This document shows positions 1 through 8,015 of a stretch of DNA of 64,000 bases, piece by piece. The position numbers and the translations under genes were made by a program. Position 1 is the stretch's first letter. Each line of letters opens with the position of its first letter. The DNA comes from an uncultured Eubacteriales bacterium (GTDB lineage: Bacteria; Bacillota; Clostridia; Oscillospirales; Oscillospiraceae): the NCBI GenBank assembly GCA_900543625.1, contig UQSF01000001.1:79916-143915 (forward strand). Direction: 5' to 3'. Under the pieces are notes generated by a model. That model made no database searches, had not been told where the DNA came from, and worked only from the letters and a program-made list of their open reading frames with translations.

Positions 1-409
1 GTGAAAGATACACGCCCAAAAAAAATTCCCGCGGCCAAAGCCCCGGAAACAGAATAGAAACATCGTGATAGATGCATCCTCGGCAGGATTTCCGCGGTCA
101 AGCCACCTGCTGTCTTTGGAGCGCTCCAATATAATACCAGACGTCTGCGCGCGTGTCAAGCATTTTTGCGGGCAAAAATGCATTTTCTCCTGCCGTGTGT
201 GCGCTTTTTAAAAAGCGAGATGCCCCCCGGAGGAGCACCGGAGACCATCTCAAAAATCCCACAAAAAACTTTTACCCTAAACTGCTATGGTCAGTCTAAC
301 AAATATTCTCACAAAAGTCAAGCCTCACTTGTGACAAAGCGAGGCGTCTGCGCATTTTGCACACAGGCGTGTAAGTCTGCTGCATATGCCGCAAAACCGC
401 ACGTTTTTT

Positions 410-1066
410 TCACCAGCGGATATCAGCAAGCCCCTCACCGAGGGTCATACCGCAGCGGCCGTGGCCGGGATAGAGCGTCAGCTCGGGCGGCAGCGTGCGC
501 AGAAACGGCACGGTCTGCTCGCCGAGCACGGCGGCGTCGCCGCCGCGCAGCCGCGTGATGACCGCGCAGCCCGGCACGATCGTGTCGCCGCTGAAAAATG
601 CCTGCGCGCCGATGCGGTAGCATGCGCTGCCGCGCGAGTGCCCGGGCGTGGCGTAGCCCTCGATGTGCAGCGCGCCCCAGTCGAGCGAGACGCGCTCGGC
701 AAAGGTCATGTCGGGCTCATAGGTTTCGGTCTTGAGGTGCAGCTCGCGCAGAAAATCGCGCGCCGGCGCGCCGCGCGACACGCTCAGCGCCGCGAGCAGT
801 ACGGGCGTCGTGTTGCCGGGATTGCGCAGCCAGGCGGTGCAGTGATCCTGCCAGAGGGTGCGCGCCGAGAGCGCGCGCTGCATCCGGCCGAGGCCGGAGG
901 TGTGGTCGACGTGCTCGTGTGTGAGCACCAGCAGCACCCGATAGCCCTGCAGCCGCACCATCGTCTCGGCGTCCGGCCACGGGTCGAGCACGATCGCGTC
1001 GCGCCCCTGCGTGACGATGTACATGTTCGAGCCGATCGGCGGGAAGGGGATACGTTGGATCTGCAT
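410..1066 (-). CDS. MBL-fold metallo-hydrolase (hydroxyacylglutathione hydrolase-like)
   Basis: 218-aa ORF with HxHxDH motif (THEHVDH); RBS GGAGGA upstream of ATG; lies 6 bp downstream of the murI stop. Confidence 0.75.
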   Translation of the reverse strand: MQIQRIPFPPIGSNMYIVTQGRDAIVLDPWPDAETMVRLQGYRVLLVLTHEHVDHTSGLGRMQRALSARTLWQDHCTAWLRNPGNTTPVLLAALSVSRGAPARDFLRELHLKTETYEPDMTFAERVSLDWGALHIEGYATPGHSRGSACYRIGAQAFFSGDTIVPGCAVITRLRGGDAAVLGEQTVPFLRTLPPELTLYPGHGRCGMTLGEGLADIRW

Positions 1067-1071
1067 ACGGC

Positions 1072-1836
1072 TCAGTCCTCCGCAGGCAGGTCGAGCAGCC
1101 TGCGGCTGAGCGGCAGCTCCGACGGGAGACTGTTTTCGAGCGTGACGGTGCCGTGCGTGCCGCCGCGGATCCAGCCGCGGCGCACGAGCTGGCGCTGCGT
1201 CTCACGCGCCGTGCCGTCGCTGCCGTCGTAGAGCGCGACGCCGCCGAGGGCGGCGCGGATCGCGCGGCGGGCAAACGGGAAGTGTGTGCAGCCGAGCACG
1301 ACCGCGTCCACATGCCCGGCGTAGGGGCCGAGCTGCCGCGCCAGATATGCCGTGAGCGCGGGGGAGTCGAGCTCGCCGCGCTCGACAAACTCGACCAGTT
1401 CCGGACACGGCAGCGGCAGGATCTCGGCGCTGGCGGCGCAGCGCTGCATGAGCGCCGCGAATTTCTCCTCCCGCAGCGTCAGCGGTGTCGCCAGCACGAG
1501 CACGTGCCGGTGCTGCGCCGCGGCGGGCTTGAGCGCCGGCTCGATGCCGATGACCGGGATGTCCGAAAAAGCGGCGCGCAGCGTGCCGATGGCAGCGCTT
1601 GTGGCTGTGTTGCAGGCGATGACGGCGGCCTTGATGCCGCGCGCATACAGCCGGGCGATGACGCTCTGCGTCAGCTCGCGCACCTCCGCGGCCGGGCGCA
1701 CGCCGTAGGGCGCGTTTGCCGAGTCGCCGAAGTACAAAAAGTCCTCTCCCGGCATCCGCTGCACGAGTGCGCGCAGAACGCTGATGCCGCCGAGGCCGGA
1801 GTCAAATACCGCCACGGGGAGCTCCGTTCGCTCCAT
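1072..1836 (-). CDS. murI: glutamate racemase
   Basis: VAVFDSGLGG and GCTHFP motifs; start taken at ATG 1836, preceded by AAAGGAGGTG, rather than GTG 1845. Confidence 0.85.
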   Translation of the reverse strand: MERTELPVAVFDSGLGGISVLRALVQRMPGEDFLYFGDSANAPYGVRPAAEVRELTQSVIARLYARGIKAAVIACNTATSAAIGTLRAAFSDIPVIGIEPALKPAAAQHRHVLVLATPLTLREEKFAALMQRCAASAEILPLPCPELVEFVERGELDSPALTAYLARQLGPYAGHVDAVVLGCTHFPFARRAIRAALGGVALYDGSDGTARETQRQLVRRGWIRGGTHGTVTLENSLPSELPLSRRLLDLPAED

Positions 1837-1905
1837 CACGCGCACCTCCTTTCAAAAATCAGCACAGAATGCCACCATTGTACCACAAACGGGATGATTA
1901 TCAAG

Positions 1906-2625
1906 TCAGACCAGCGACAGTACCTGCCGCGCGGCATAGCCCTCGCTGCGCAGCGCACCGTCGAGCAGCTCGTAGCGCGTGATGTCCAGACGCACCGCGT
2001 GCAGCATTGCGGGCATCTGCTGCAGCTGCTGCAGCTGTACGCCGCGCGCCTCGATCACGCTGCGGTACTCGTCGCTCAGCGGATCGATGTAGACGGCCTT
2101 GCCCGTCATCTGCAGCCCGGCGAGCGAGTCCATGCCGTCGTAGCTGTCGTACACGGCGGCGGAGATCGCGCCGTTCCACCAGATGCCCTTGAATTTCAGA
2201 CCACCCTCGGTGAGGATGTAGAGCGCGCCGTTCACGCGCAGATATTCCAGCGGGGTGCACCGCACCCAGTTGCCGCAGCCGGTCGCGAGCGCGAGCGTGT
2301 TGTGTGCGGCCAGAAAGTCGTCGATGCGCGCCCTGAGCGCGTCCGTCGGCATGGGCGCTTCCGGCGGGCAGAAGGCCTTGGCGATCAGCTCGGCGGCGGC
2401 GACGGTCTCGTCCTCGCCCTTCGGACGGAAGGTCACGCGCTTTTGCACGCCGGCGGTCACGACCGGGCCGCCGGCACCGGCGGCGACGGTGATGACATTT
2501 GCGTATCCGCTCCAGTCGCGCGGCGCGCGCTCGGCCGGGAAGAGCTTGCAGTTGCCGATGACCGTGCCGAGGATGTAGGCCGTTTTGCGCACGGCGGCGT
2601 CATAGATGATGGCGGTGATGTTCAT
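1906..2625 (-). CDS. hypothetical protein with pyridoxamine 5'-phosphate oxidase-like (FMN-binding split-barrel) C-terminal domain
   Basis: in-frame ATG at 2625 with GGAGG RBS inside the longer 1906..3717 ORF; C-terminal half resembles PNPOx-family proteins. Confidence 0.5.
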   Translation of the reverse strand: MNITAIIYDAAVRKTAYILGTVIGNCKLFPAERAPRDWSGYANVITVAAGAGGPVVTAGVQKRVTFRPKGEDETVAAAELIAKAFCPPEAPMPTDALRARIDDFLAAHNTLALATGCGNWVRCTPLEYLRVNGALYILTEGGLKFKGIWWNGAISAAVYDSYDGMDSLAGLQMTGKAVYIDPLSDEYRSVIEARGVQLQQLQQMPAMLHAVRLDITRYELLDGALRSEGYAARQVLSLV

Positions 2626-2748
2626 ATGCTTTGCCTCCAGAAAAAGAATCCTGCCAAGAGTATACCACGCAAAGAATGGATTGTAAAATTGAAAGGCGGA
2701 TGTTACAATGAGTATATCCAAATACAGATAGAGAAAAGAGGTCTTGCC

Positions 2749-3702
2749 ATGATCTGTCCAAAATGCGGCGCGCAGCTCTCTGACAGTGCCGTCATCTGCC
2801 GCGCCTGCGGTGCGATGCTTCCCGAGCATGCGCTCCCCTCGCAGCAGCCCTGCCGGCCGACGCAGCAGCCTGCGGGCAATGCCGCGCAGAATGTCTCCGA
2901 TACTCCGCGCACGTGCGCGCAATGCGGCGCTCCGCTTGAAGACGGTATGCGTTTTTGCACCAACTGCGGCGCGCCCGTTCCCGAGCGGCCCGACCCGGCG
3001 CAGTCCGCGCCGCCCCGGCAGGACACGGCCGCTTCCTTTATTCCGGGCGTCTGCCCGCATTGCGGCAGCCGCCTGAACCCCGGTGCGCGTTTTTGCACCG
3101 TCTGCGGCACGCGCGTACCCGAAGCGCCACAGGGCCAGACCGGCTGGTATGCGTCCGCGCCCGGCGGTGCGGTCTCCTCGCCGGAGATCGGCGCCAAGCA
3201 CAAGCCGAAAAAGCTGCTCATCGGTCTGCTGTGCGGCTTTGCCGCACTGGTCGTGATCGCGGCGGTCCTCATCGGCCTCTTTGCCGCGCACGGCGGCAGC
3301 CACGGTACGACCGGAAACACGGAGGTGGACCAGCTCATCGAGCGCTACTTCACGTATTTTGAAAACGACGATATCAGCGGCATGAACAAGATCTTCCTGC
3401 CGGAGGCGGTCGCCTTCATGCGGGATGATGACGACGGTCTGCTCACCGTTGAGGAGGCGATCGAAGAGCTCGACGACTGGTACAGCGACTATGGGCGAAC
3501 GATCGATGACTATGATATCTATGATTCCGACCGGCTCGATGAAGAGGATCTGACCCAGCTGGAGTGGGCGCTGGATGTGCGCATCGACGACAACCTTGTC
3601 GTCGCCTGTGACGTGACGTATGCAGGCGGCGCCGACGAGGATTTCTACTTTGAGTTCGTGCAGGTCAGCGGTCAGTGGTATCTGCTGTTTGCCATGGACT
3701 GA
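2749..3702 (+). CDS. membrane protein with three N-terminal zinc-ribbon (CxxC..CxxC) motifs, one TM helix and an acidic C-terminal domain
   Basis: ATG 2749 with AAAGAGG RBS; three CPxCG / CxxCG pairs, then hydrophobic LLIGLLCGFAALVVIAAVLIGLF, then a D/E-rich tail. Confidence 0.6.
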   Translation: MICPKCGAQLSDSAVICRACGAMLPEHALPSQQPCRPTQQPAGNAAQNVSDTPRTCAQCGAPLEDGMRFCTNCGAPVPERPDPAQSAPPRQDTAASFIPGVCPHCGSRLNPGARFCTVCGTRVPEAPQGQTGWYASAPGGAVSSPEIGAKHKPKKLLIGLLCGFAALVVIAAVLIGLFAAHGGSHGTTGNTEVDQLIERYFTYFENDDISGMNKIFLPEAVAFMRDDDDGLLTVEEAIEELDDWYSDYGRTIDDYDIYDSDRLDEEDLTQLEWALDVRIDDNLVVACDVTYAGGADEDFYFEFVQVSGQWYLLFAMD

Positions 3703-3712
3703 CCCCCAAAAT

Positions 3713-3752
3713 AACACCGCCCCCGGCAGCTTCGGCTGCCGGGGGCGGTGTT
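3713..3752. terminator. perfect GC hairpin (upstream copy of duplicated terminator core CCCCGGCAGCTTCGGCTGCCGGGG)
   Basis: AACACCGCCCCCGGCAGC-TTCG-GCTGCCGGGGGCGGTGTT; same core repeated at 3957-3980. Confidence 0.6.
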
Positions 3753-3950
3753 AGACTGTCAAAAAGTATTACTTTTTGACACGGGGATTTGCGGCCTGAC
3801 TGCAGCGCACGCGCCGCTCGCCAAAAGCGAACGGCGCGCACGTTTGCAGGCCGAGCAGTATTTTCTCAGCCGCACATGTCGCCTGAGAAAATGATCGGAC
3901 TTTCTTTCGCCGCTGCGGCGGCGAAACTCTACGAGGTTTTTGACAAGCTG
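3753..3950 (+). repeat. copy 1 of ~200-bp hairpin-rich intergenic repeat family (TGTCAAAAAG-palindrome element)
   Basis: starts AGACTGTCAAAAAGTATTACTTTTTGACA, ends TTTTTGACAAGCTG; conserved internal hairpins shared with copies at 37703, 43256, 51801, 63475. Confidence 0.85.
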
Positions 3951-3952
3951 AT

Positions 3953-3990
3953 ACGTCCCCGGCAGCTTCGGCTGCCGGGGACGTTTTTTT
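3953..3990. terminator. rho-independent terminator (downstream copy of duplicated hairpin) followed by T7 run
   Basis: ACGTCCCCGGCAGC-TTCG-GCTGCCGGGGACGT then TTTTTTT; sits between convergent genes. Confidence 0.7.
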
Positions 3991-3996
3991 GCGTCG

Positions 3997-6738
3997 TTAT
4001 GCCTGCACCTGCACACGGCTGCCGCCGCTGCGGTCTTTGGTAACGATGATCTGCCGGTCGATGCGCTCCTTGAGCTCCGCAACGTGGGAGATGATGCCCA
4101 CGATCCGGCAGCCGCCCGACACGCCCACGAGCGCGGTCAGCGCCTGCTGCAGCGCCTCGCTGTCGAGCGAGCCGAAGCCCTCGTCGACGAACATCGCCTC
4201 AAGCTGTACGCCGCCGGCGCTCGACTGCACCTCGTCTGACAGACCGAGCGCCAGCGACAGGGAGGCGGCAAACGTCTCGCCGCCGGAGAGCGTCTTGACG
4301 CTGCGCGCCGTGCCGTTGTAGTGGTCGACGACCTCGAGCTCCAGCCCGGTCTGACTGCGATTGTCGCCCGCACGCTCGCAGCGGCGCAGCTCGTACTGCC
4401 CGCCGGACATGATGAGCAGGCGCGTGTTCGCGCGCCCGAGAATGCGGTCGAAATACGCGGCCTGCAAAAACGCCTCGAGCGTAATCTTCTCCTGTCCGGG
4501 GATGGCGCCGTTCGCGGTCGCCGCCAGCGCGTGCACCCATTGCCAGCGCTCGTGCGCAGCGTCGTATTCCTGCCGCTGCGTGTCGAGCTTGGCGCGCGCC
4601 GTGCGGTTTTGCTGCAGCCGCGTGTCGAGGGCGTTCATCTGCGCCTGCAGCGCGTCGATGCGCGCGCTGAGTGCATCACACTGCGCTTGCAGCGCGGCGA
4701 TGTCCGCCGCCGGCGCGGCGTCTGTCTGCGTGTGCAGCGTGGCGATCTTTCCGCGCAGCTGCGCGCACTTGGCCTGCGCCGCAGCGTGCTGCTTTTGCGC
4801 CGTGTCAAGTGCCTGCCGCAGCGCCTCATGCTGCGTCTGTGCCTGTGTGAGCGCGGCCTTTGCCGCATTGCTGTCCGCGTGCGGCAGCTCGGCTGCACGG
4901 TTGGCTGCGGCGGCATCCAGTTCGTCGCAGCGCGCGGCACGCGCGGCGCAGTCGGTCTCACCGGCCTGGATCGCATCGCGCTGCTGCTGCAGCTTCGTCT
5001 CCTGTTCAGACAGCCCGTCTGCAAGCGTCTGCAGCTTATCGAGCTGCGCTCTCTGCTCCGCCAGCCGTCCGGCACAGCCGCGCGCGTCCTGCGCGGCTTT
5101 TTCCTGCAGCGCGGGGAGCGTTTGCGCCAGCGTCTTCGGGTCGAGCGGCGGCGTCAGCGCCGCGCACGCCGTTTCCAGAGCTTCACGCACGGCCGTGAGC
5201 TGCCCGCGCAGAGCAGCGGCCTTCGCGCTGCGTTCCTCGGCGTCTCGCTGTGCCCGCTCGCTGTCGGCTTTTGCGCGCTTGCGCGCGGCAGCGTCCGGCG
5301 TTTGCTCCGGCGCGGCGGCAGGGCAGGGGTGTTCCGTCGCACCGCAGACCGGGCAGGGCTGCCCGGGCGTGAGCGTGCGTGCAAGGATGCCCGCCTGTGC
5401 GTCGAGATAGGCGCGGTCGAGCGCGCTGTAGTATGCCGATGCCGCCTGTGCCGCCCCGGCCGCCTGCGTGTACTTCTCCTGCGCGGCTTCGAGCTTTTTC
5501 TGCAGCTCGGCGCACCGTTTGCGCTGCCGGTCGAGTTCGGTCAGCGCCTTGCATCGCTGCTCGGCCGCCTTCTGCTCCTGCGCGGTCTGCTCGGCGGCCA
5601 CGGCCAGCTTCGGCTGCTCGGCGAGCTGCTCACGTGCGCTTTTGCACGTCTGCTCCGTCGCCTGTGCCTGTGCGCGCGCCTGCTCCAGCGCTGCGGTTTT
5701 CTCCTCCAGCGCTTCGCGCGCGGCCTTGGCCTGTGCGCGCTGCTTGTCCAGCTGCTCGTATTGGCCGAGCGCGTCCTGAAGCCGCGCGATGTCCTGCAGC
5801 AGCTGCTCCATGTCCGGCTGCTTCGCTTCGGCGGTGTCGAGCGCCGTCCGCGCAGACGCCTGCTCGTGCTGCGCCTGTTGGAGGTCCGCCTCCGCCGTTT
5901 TCAGCTCTGCGCGCGCCTGTTCGACCGCCTGCGCCTTGCCGAGATCGGTGAGCAGGCGTGCGTGCTGCGCCTTTGCCTGCTCGTGCTTTGTGCCCGTCTG
6001 CGTCCGGACGTCTGCGTCTGCATCGATCAGTGCGTCGAGCGCCGTCAGCAGCGCGTCCGTGTCCTCTGCGTCCGGCAGCGCATCCGGGTCGTCGCAGCCG
6101 ATGGCCTCCGCCGTCGAACGCAGTGCCGCGACCAGCTCGCCGCACCTCTTTTCGAGCGCGGCGGCATCGTCCTTGAGCCGGTTTTGCAGCGCCAGATACT
6201 TTCCCGTGCGGAAGATCTGGCGGAAGATCGCCTTGCGCTCGTCCGTCTGGGCGAGCAGCAGACGGCGAAACTCTCCCTGCGCGATCATGGCAATGCGCGA
6301 AAACTGCGCCCGGTCCACGCCGATGACCTCCGTCACGGCGGCGGTCACCTCGCGCGTTTTCGTGATCACGCGCCCGTCCGGCATCGTCAGCTCGGCGTCC
6401 GCCTTCTGCACGGTCGTGCCGGTGCCGCGGGTTTTCGGGCGCGTATATTCGGGGTTGCGGCGCACGGTGTAGCGCTCGCCGCCGTTTGCAAATGTCAGCT
6501 CCACGAACGTCGGCGTCTCGGGCTCGGCATACTTGCTGCGCAGCATGGAGCTCTCGCGGGTCTCGCCGCTCGCCTCGCCGTAGAGCGCGTAGGCGATCGC
6601 ATCAAAGATCGTCGTCTTTCCGGCGCCGGTGTCGCCGGTGATGAGGTAGAGCCCGGTCGTGCCGAGCGCGTCAAAGTCCACGGTCGTCTGTCCGGCATAC
6701 GGTCCGAAGGCGGACATGGTCAGCTTCAGCGGTCTCAT
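3997..6738 (-). CDS. sbcC: exonuclease SbcCD ATPase subunit (Rad50-like, long coiled coil)
   Basis: N-terminal Walker A GDTGAGKTT, ~600-aa Ala/Gln/Glu-rich coiled coil, C-terminal ABC signature and D-loop; 913 aa. Confidence 0.85.
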   Translation of the reverse strand: MRPLKLTMSAFGPYAGQTTVDFDALGTTGLYLITGDTGAGKTTIFDAIAYALYGEASGETRESSMLRSKYAEPETPTFVELTFANGGERYTVRRNPEYTRPKTRGTGTTVQKADAELTMPDGRVITKTREVTAAVTEVIGVDRAQFSRIAMIAQGEFRRLLLAQTDERKAIFRQIFRTGKYLALQNRLKDDAAALEKRCGELVAALRSTAEAIGCDDPDALPDAEDTDALLTALDALIDADADVRTQTGTKHEQAKAQHARLLTDLGKAQAVEQARAELKTAEADLQQAQHEQASARTALDTAEAKQPDMEQLLQDIARLQDALGQYEQLDKQRAQAKAAREALEEKTAALEQARAQAQATEQTCKSAREQLAEQPKLAVAAEQTAQEQKAAEQRCKALTELDRQRKRCAELQKKLEAAQEKYTQAAGAAQAASAYYSALDRAYLDAQAGILARTLTPGQPCPVCGATEHPCPAAAPEQTPDAAARKRAKADSERAQRDAEERSAKAAALRGQLTAVREALETACAALTPPLDPKTLAQTLPALQEKAAQDARGCAGRLAEQRAQLDKLQTLADGLSEQETKLQQQRDAIQAGETDCAARAARCDELDAAAANRAAELPHADSNAAKAALTQAQTQHEALRQALDTAQKQHAAAQAKCAQLRGKIATLHTQTDAAPAADIAALQAQCDALSARIDALQAQMNALDTRLQQNRTARAKLDTQRQEYDAAHERWQWVHALAATANGAIPGQEKITLEAFLQAAYFDRILGRANTRLLIMSGGQYELRRCERAGDNRSQTGLELEVVDHYNGTARSVKTLSGGETFAASLSLALGLSDEVQSSAGGVQLEAMFVDEGFGSLDSEALQQALTALVGVSGGCRIVGIISHVAELKERIDRQIIVTKDRSGGSRVQVQA

Positions 6739-7874
6739 CCCTGCACCTCCATGATCTGCTCCATGAGCTGCGCGATGTATTCACGCTGCACCTCGCTCAT
6801 GGGCTGGTGGTTCTGGCGCTGATACAGCGCCTCAAACAGCTCCAGCGGCGTGCGCCGCTCCGTCTCCGCCGGTACGGACATACCGCCGGCTGCGCGTGTG
6901 CGCGCGTTGTCGTAGTCAAGCGTCATCAGGTACGGGTAGATCGTGCGCAGGCGGCTCATGGCGTCAAACACGTCCTGCTCGTCCGTGAGGATCAGGTGCA
7001 GGTAGTCGCTGCGGTAGGTCGTGTGCTCGTAAAAGCTCCGCGCGGTCAGCTCGTCATAGCTCCCGCGGATCTCGCGCAGCTCCCGCAGCGGCGTGAGCGC
7101 GACGGTGCGCACCTGCACGTCGCCCTTTTCGCCCAGCGTCACGACGGTGACGGATTTGTGCTGCCTTGCCTCGGAAAACGAGTATTTGAGCGGCGAGCCG
7201 GCATAGCGGATCGTCTCGCGCCCGATGTGCTGCGCGCCGTGCAGGTGGCCGAGCGCCACGTAGTCAAACGGCGCAAAGACGCCGCTGTCGACATTGTCCG
7301 TCCCGCCGACGGACAGCTCTTCCGAGCCGCTGCGCGTGCCGCCGGTGACGAACTGGTGCGTCACGAGCACGTTGCGCGCGGCGGTGTCGATGGCCATGTG
7401 CGCGACGGCCTCGGCCATGGCATCGGTGTAGCTCTCAATGTCCGCGTCCGGAAACCAGCGGCGCACGTGCGCGGGCTTCACAAACGGCAGCAGCCAGACG
7501 TGCACCGGCCCGAACGCATCCTGCAGCGTGACCGGCGCGAGCGCGCCGTCATACACGGGCGAGATGTGGATGCCGCAGCTGTCCATGACGCGCCCGCCGA
7601 AGGCGAGCCGCTCCGGCGAGTCGTGGTTGCCGCTGATGAGCAGCACGGGCACGCCGCGTGCGCGCAGCTCGGTGAGAAAGCCGTCGAGCAGCTCGACCGC
7701 CTCGACCGACGGCACGGACTTGTCGTACACGTCGCCCGCGATGAGCACGCCGTCCGGCTGCTCGTCGTCCAGAATGGCGAGGATCTGCCGCAGGATGTGC
7801 GCCTGATCCTCAAGCATGGAAAATCCGTTGACACGCTTGCCGAGATGCAGGTCGGCGAGGTGGAGAAATTTCAT
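6735..7874 (-). CDS. sbcD: exonuclease SbcCD nuclease subunit (Mre11-family phosphoesterase)
   Basis: MKFLHLADLHLG and GNHD motifs; stop overlaps sbcC start. Confidence 0.85.
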   Translation of the reverse strand: MKFLHLADLHLGKRVNGFSMLEDQAHILRQILAILDDEQPDGVLIAGDVYDKSVPSVEAVELLDGFLTELRARGVPVLLISGNHDSPERLAFGGRVMDSCGIHISPVYDGALAPVTLQDAFGPVHVWLLPFVKPAHVRRWFPDADIESYTDAMAEAVAHMAIDTAARNVLVTHQFVTGGTRSGSEELSVGGTDNVDSGVFAPFDYVALGHLHGAQHIGRETIRYAGSPLKYSFSEARQHKSVTVVTLGEKGDVQVRTVALTPLRELREIRGSYDELTARSFYEHTTYRSDYLHLILTDEQDVFDAMSRLRTIYPYLMTLDYDNARTRAAGGMSVPAETERRTPLELFEALYQRQNHQPMSEVQREYIAQLMEQIMEVQG

Positions 7875-8015
7875 CGTATCGTTCCGCTCCTTGCGCGGCC
7901 GGGCCGCGGTGTGATGCTTCCATTATAATCCGAACCGCACCGCGGCACAACGGCGATTTTCGCGCCGGCGCGGCAAAAACCGGAAACCGTTCTGCGCCGG
8001 TCTCCGGTTTTTTGC

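Noticed and set aside
166-558. 130-aa ORF at the window start
   Set aside because: Low-complexity, overlaps the MBL hydrolase gene antisense, and lies in a probable promoter region.
1153-3702. 849-aa plus-strand ORF
   Set aside because: Only the last 317 codons, from ATG 2749 with RBS, look like protein (zinc ribbons, TM). The upstream 530 codons are Arg-rich antisense of murI and the PNPOx-like gene.
4321-6822. 833-aa plus-strand ORF and many other long Arg/Ala/Pro/Ser-rich ORFs (e.g. 8160-9983, 7810-9153, 13203-14993, 16415-17446, 18593-20212, 41797-43311, 43778-area antisense ORFs)
   Set aside because: They lie antisense to, or out of frame within, well-supported genes (sbcC, feoB, DUF1846, secA and others). 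Their composition is the typical by-product of 63-65% GC with few stop codons. No motifs, no RBS.
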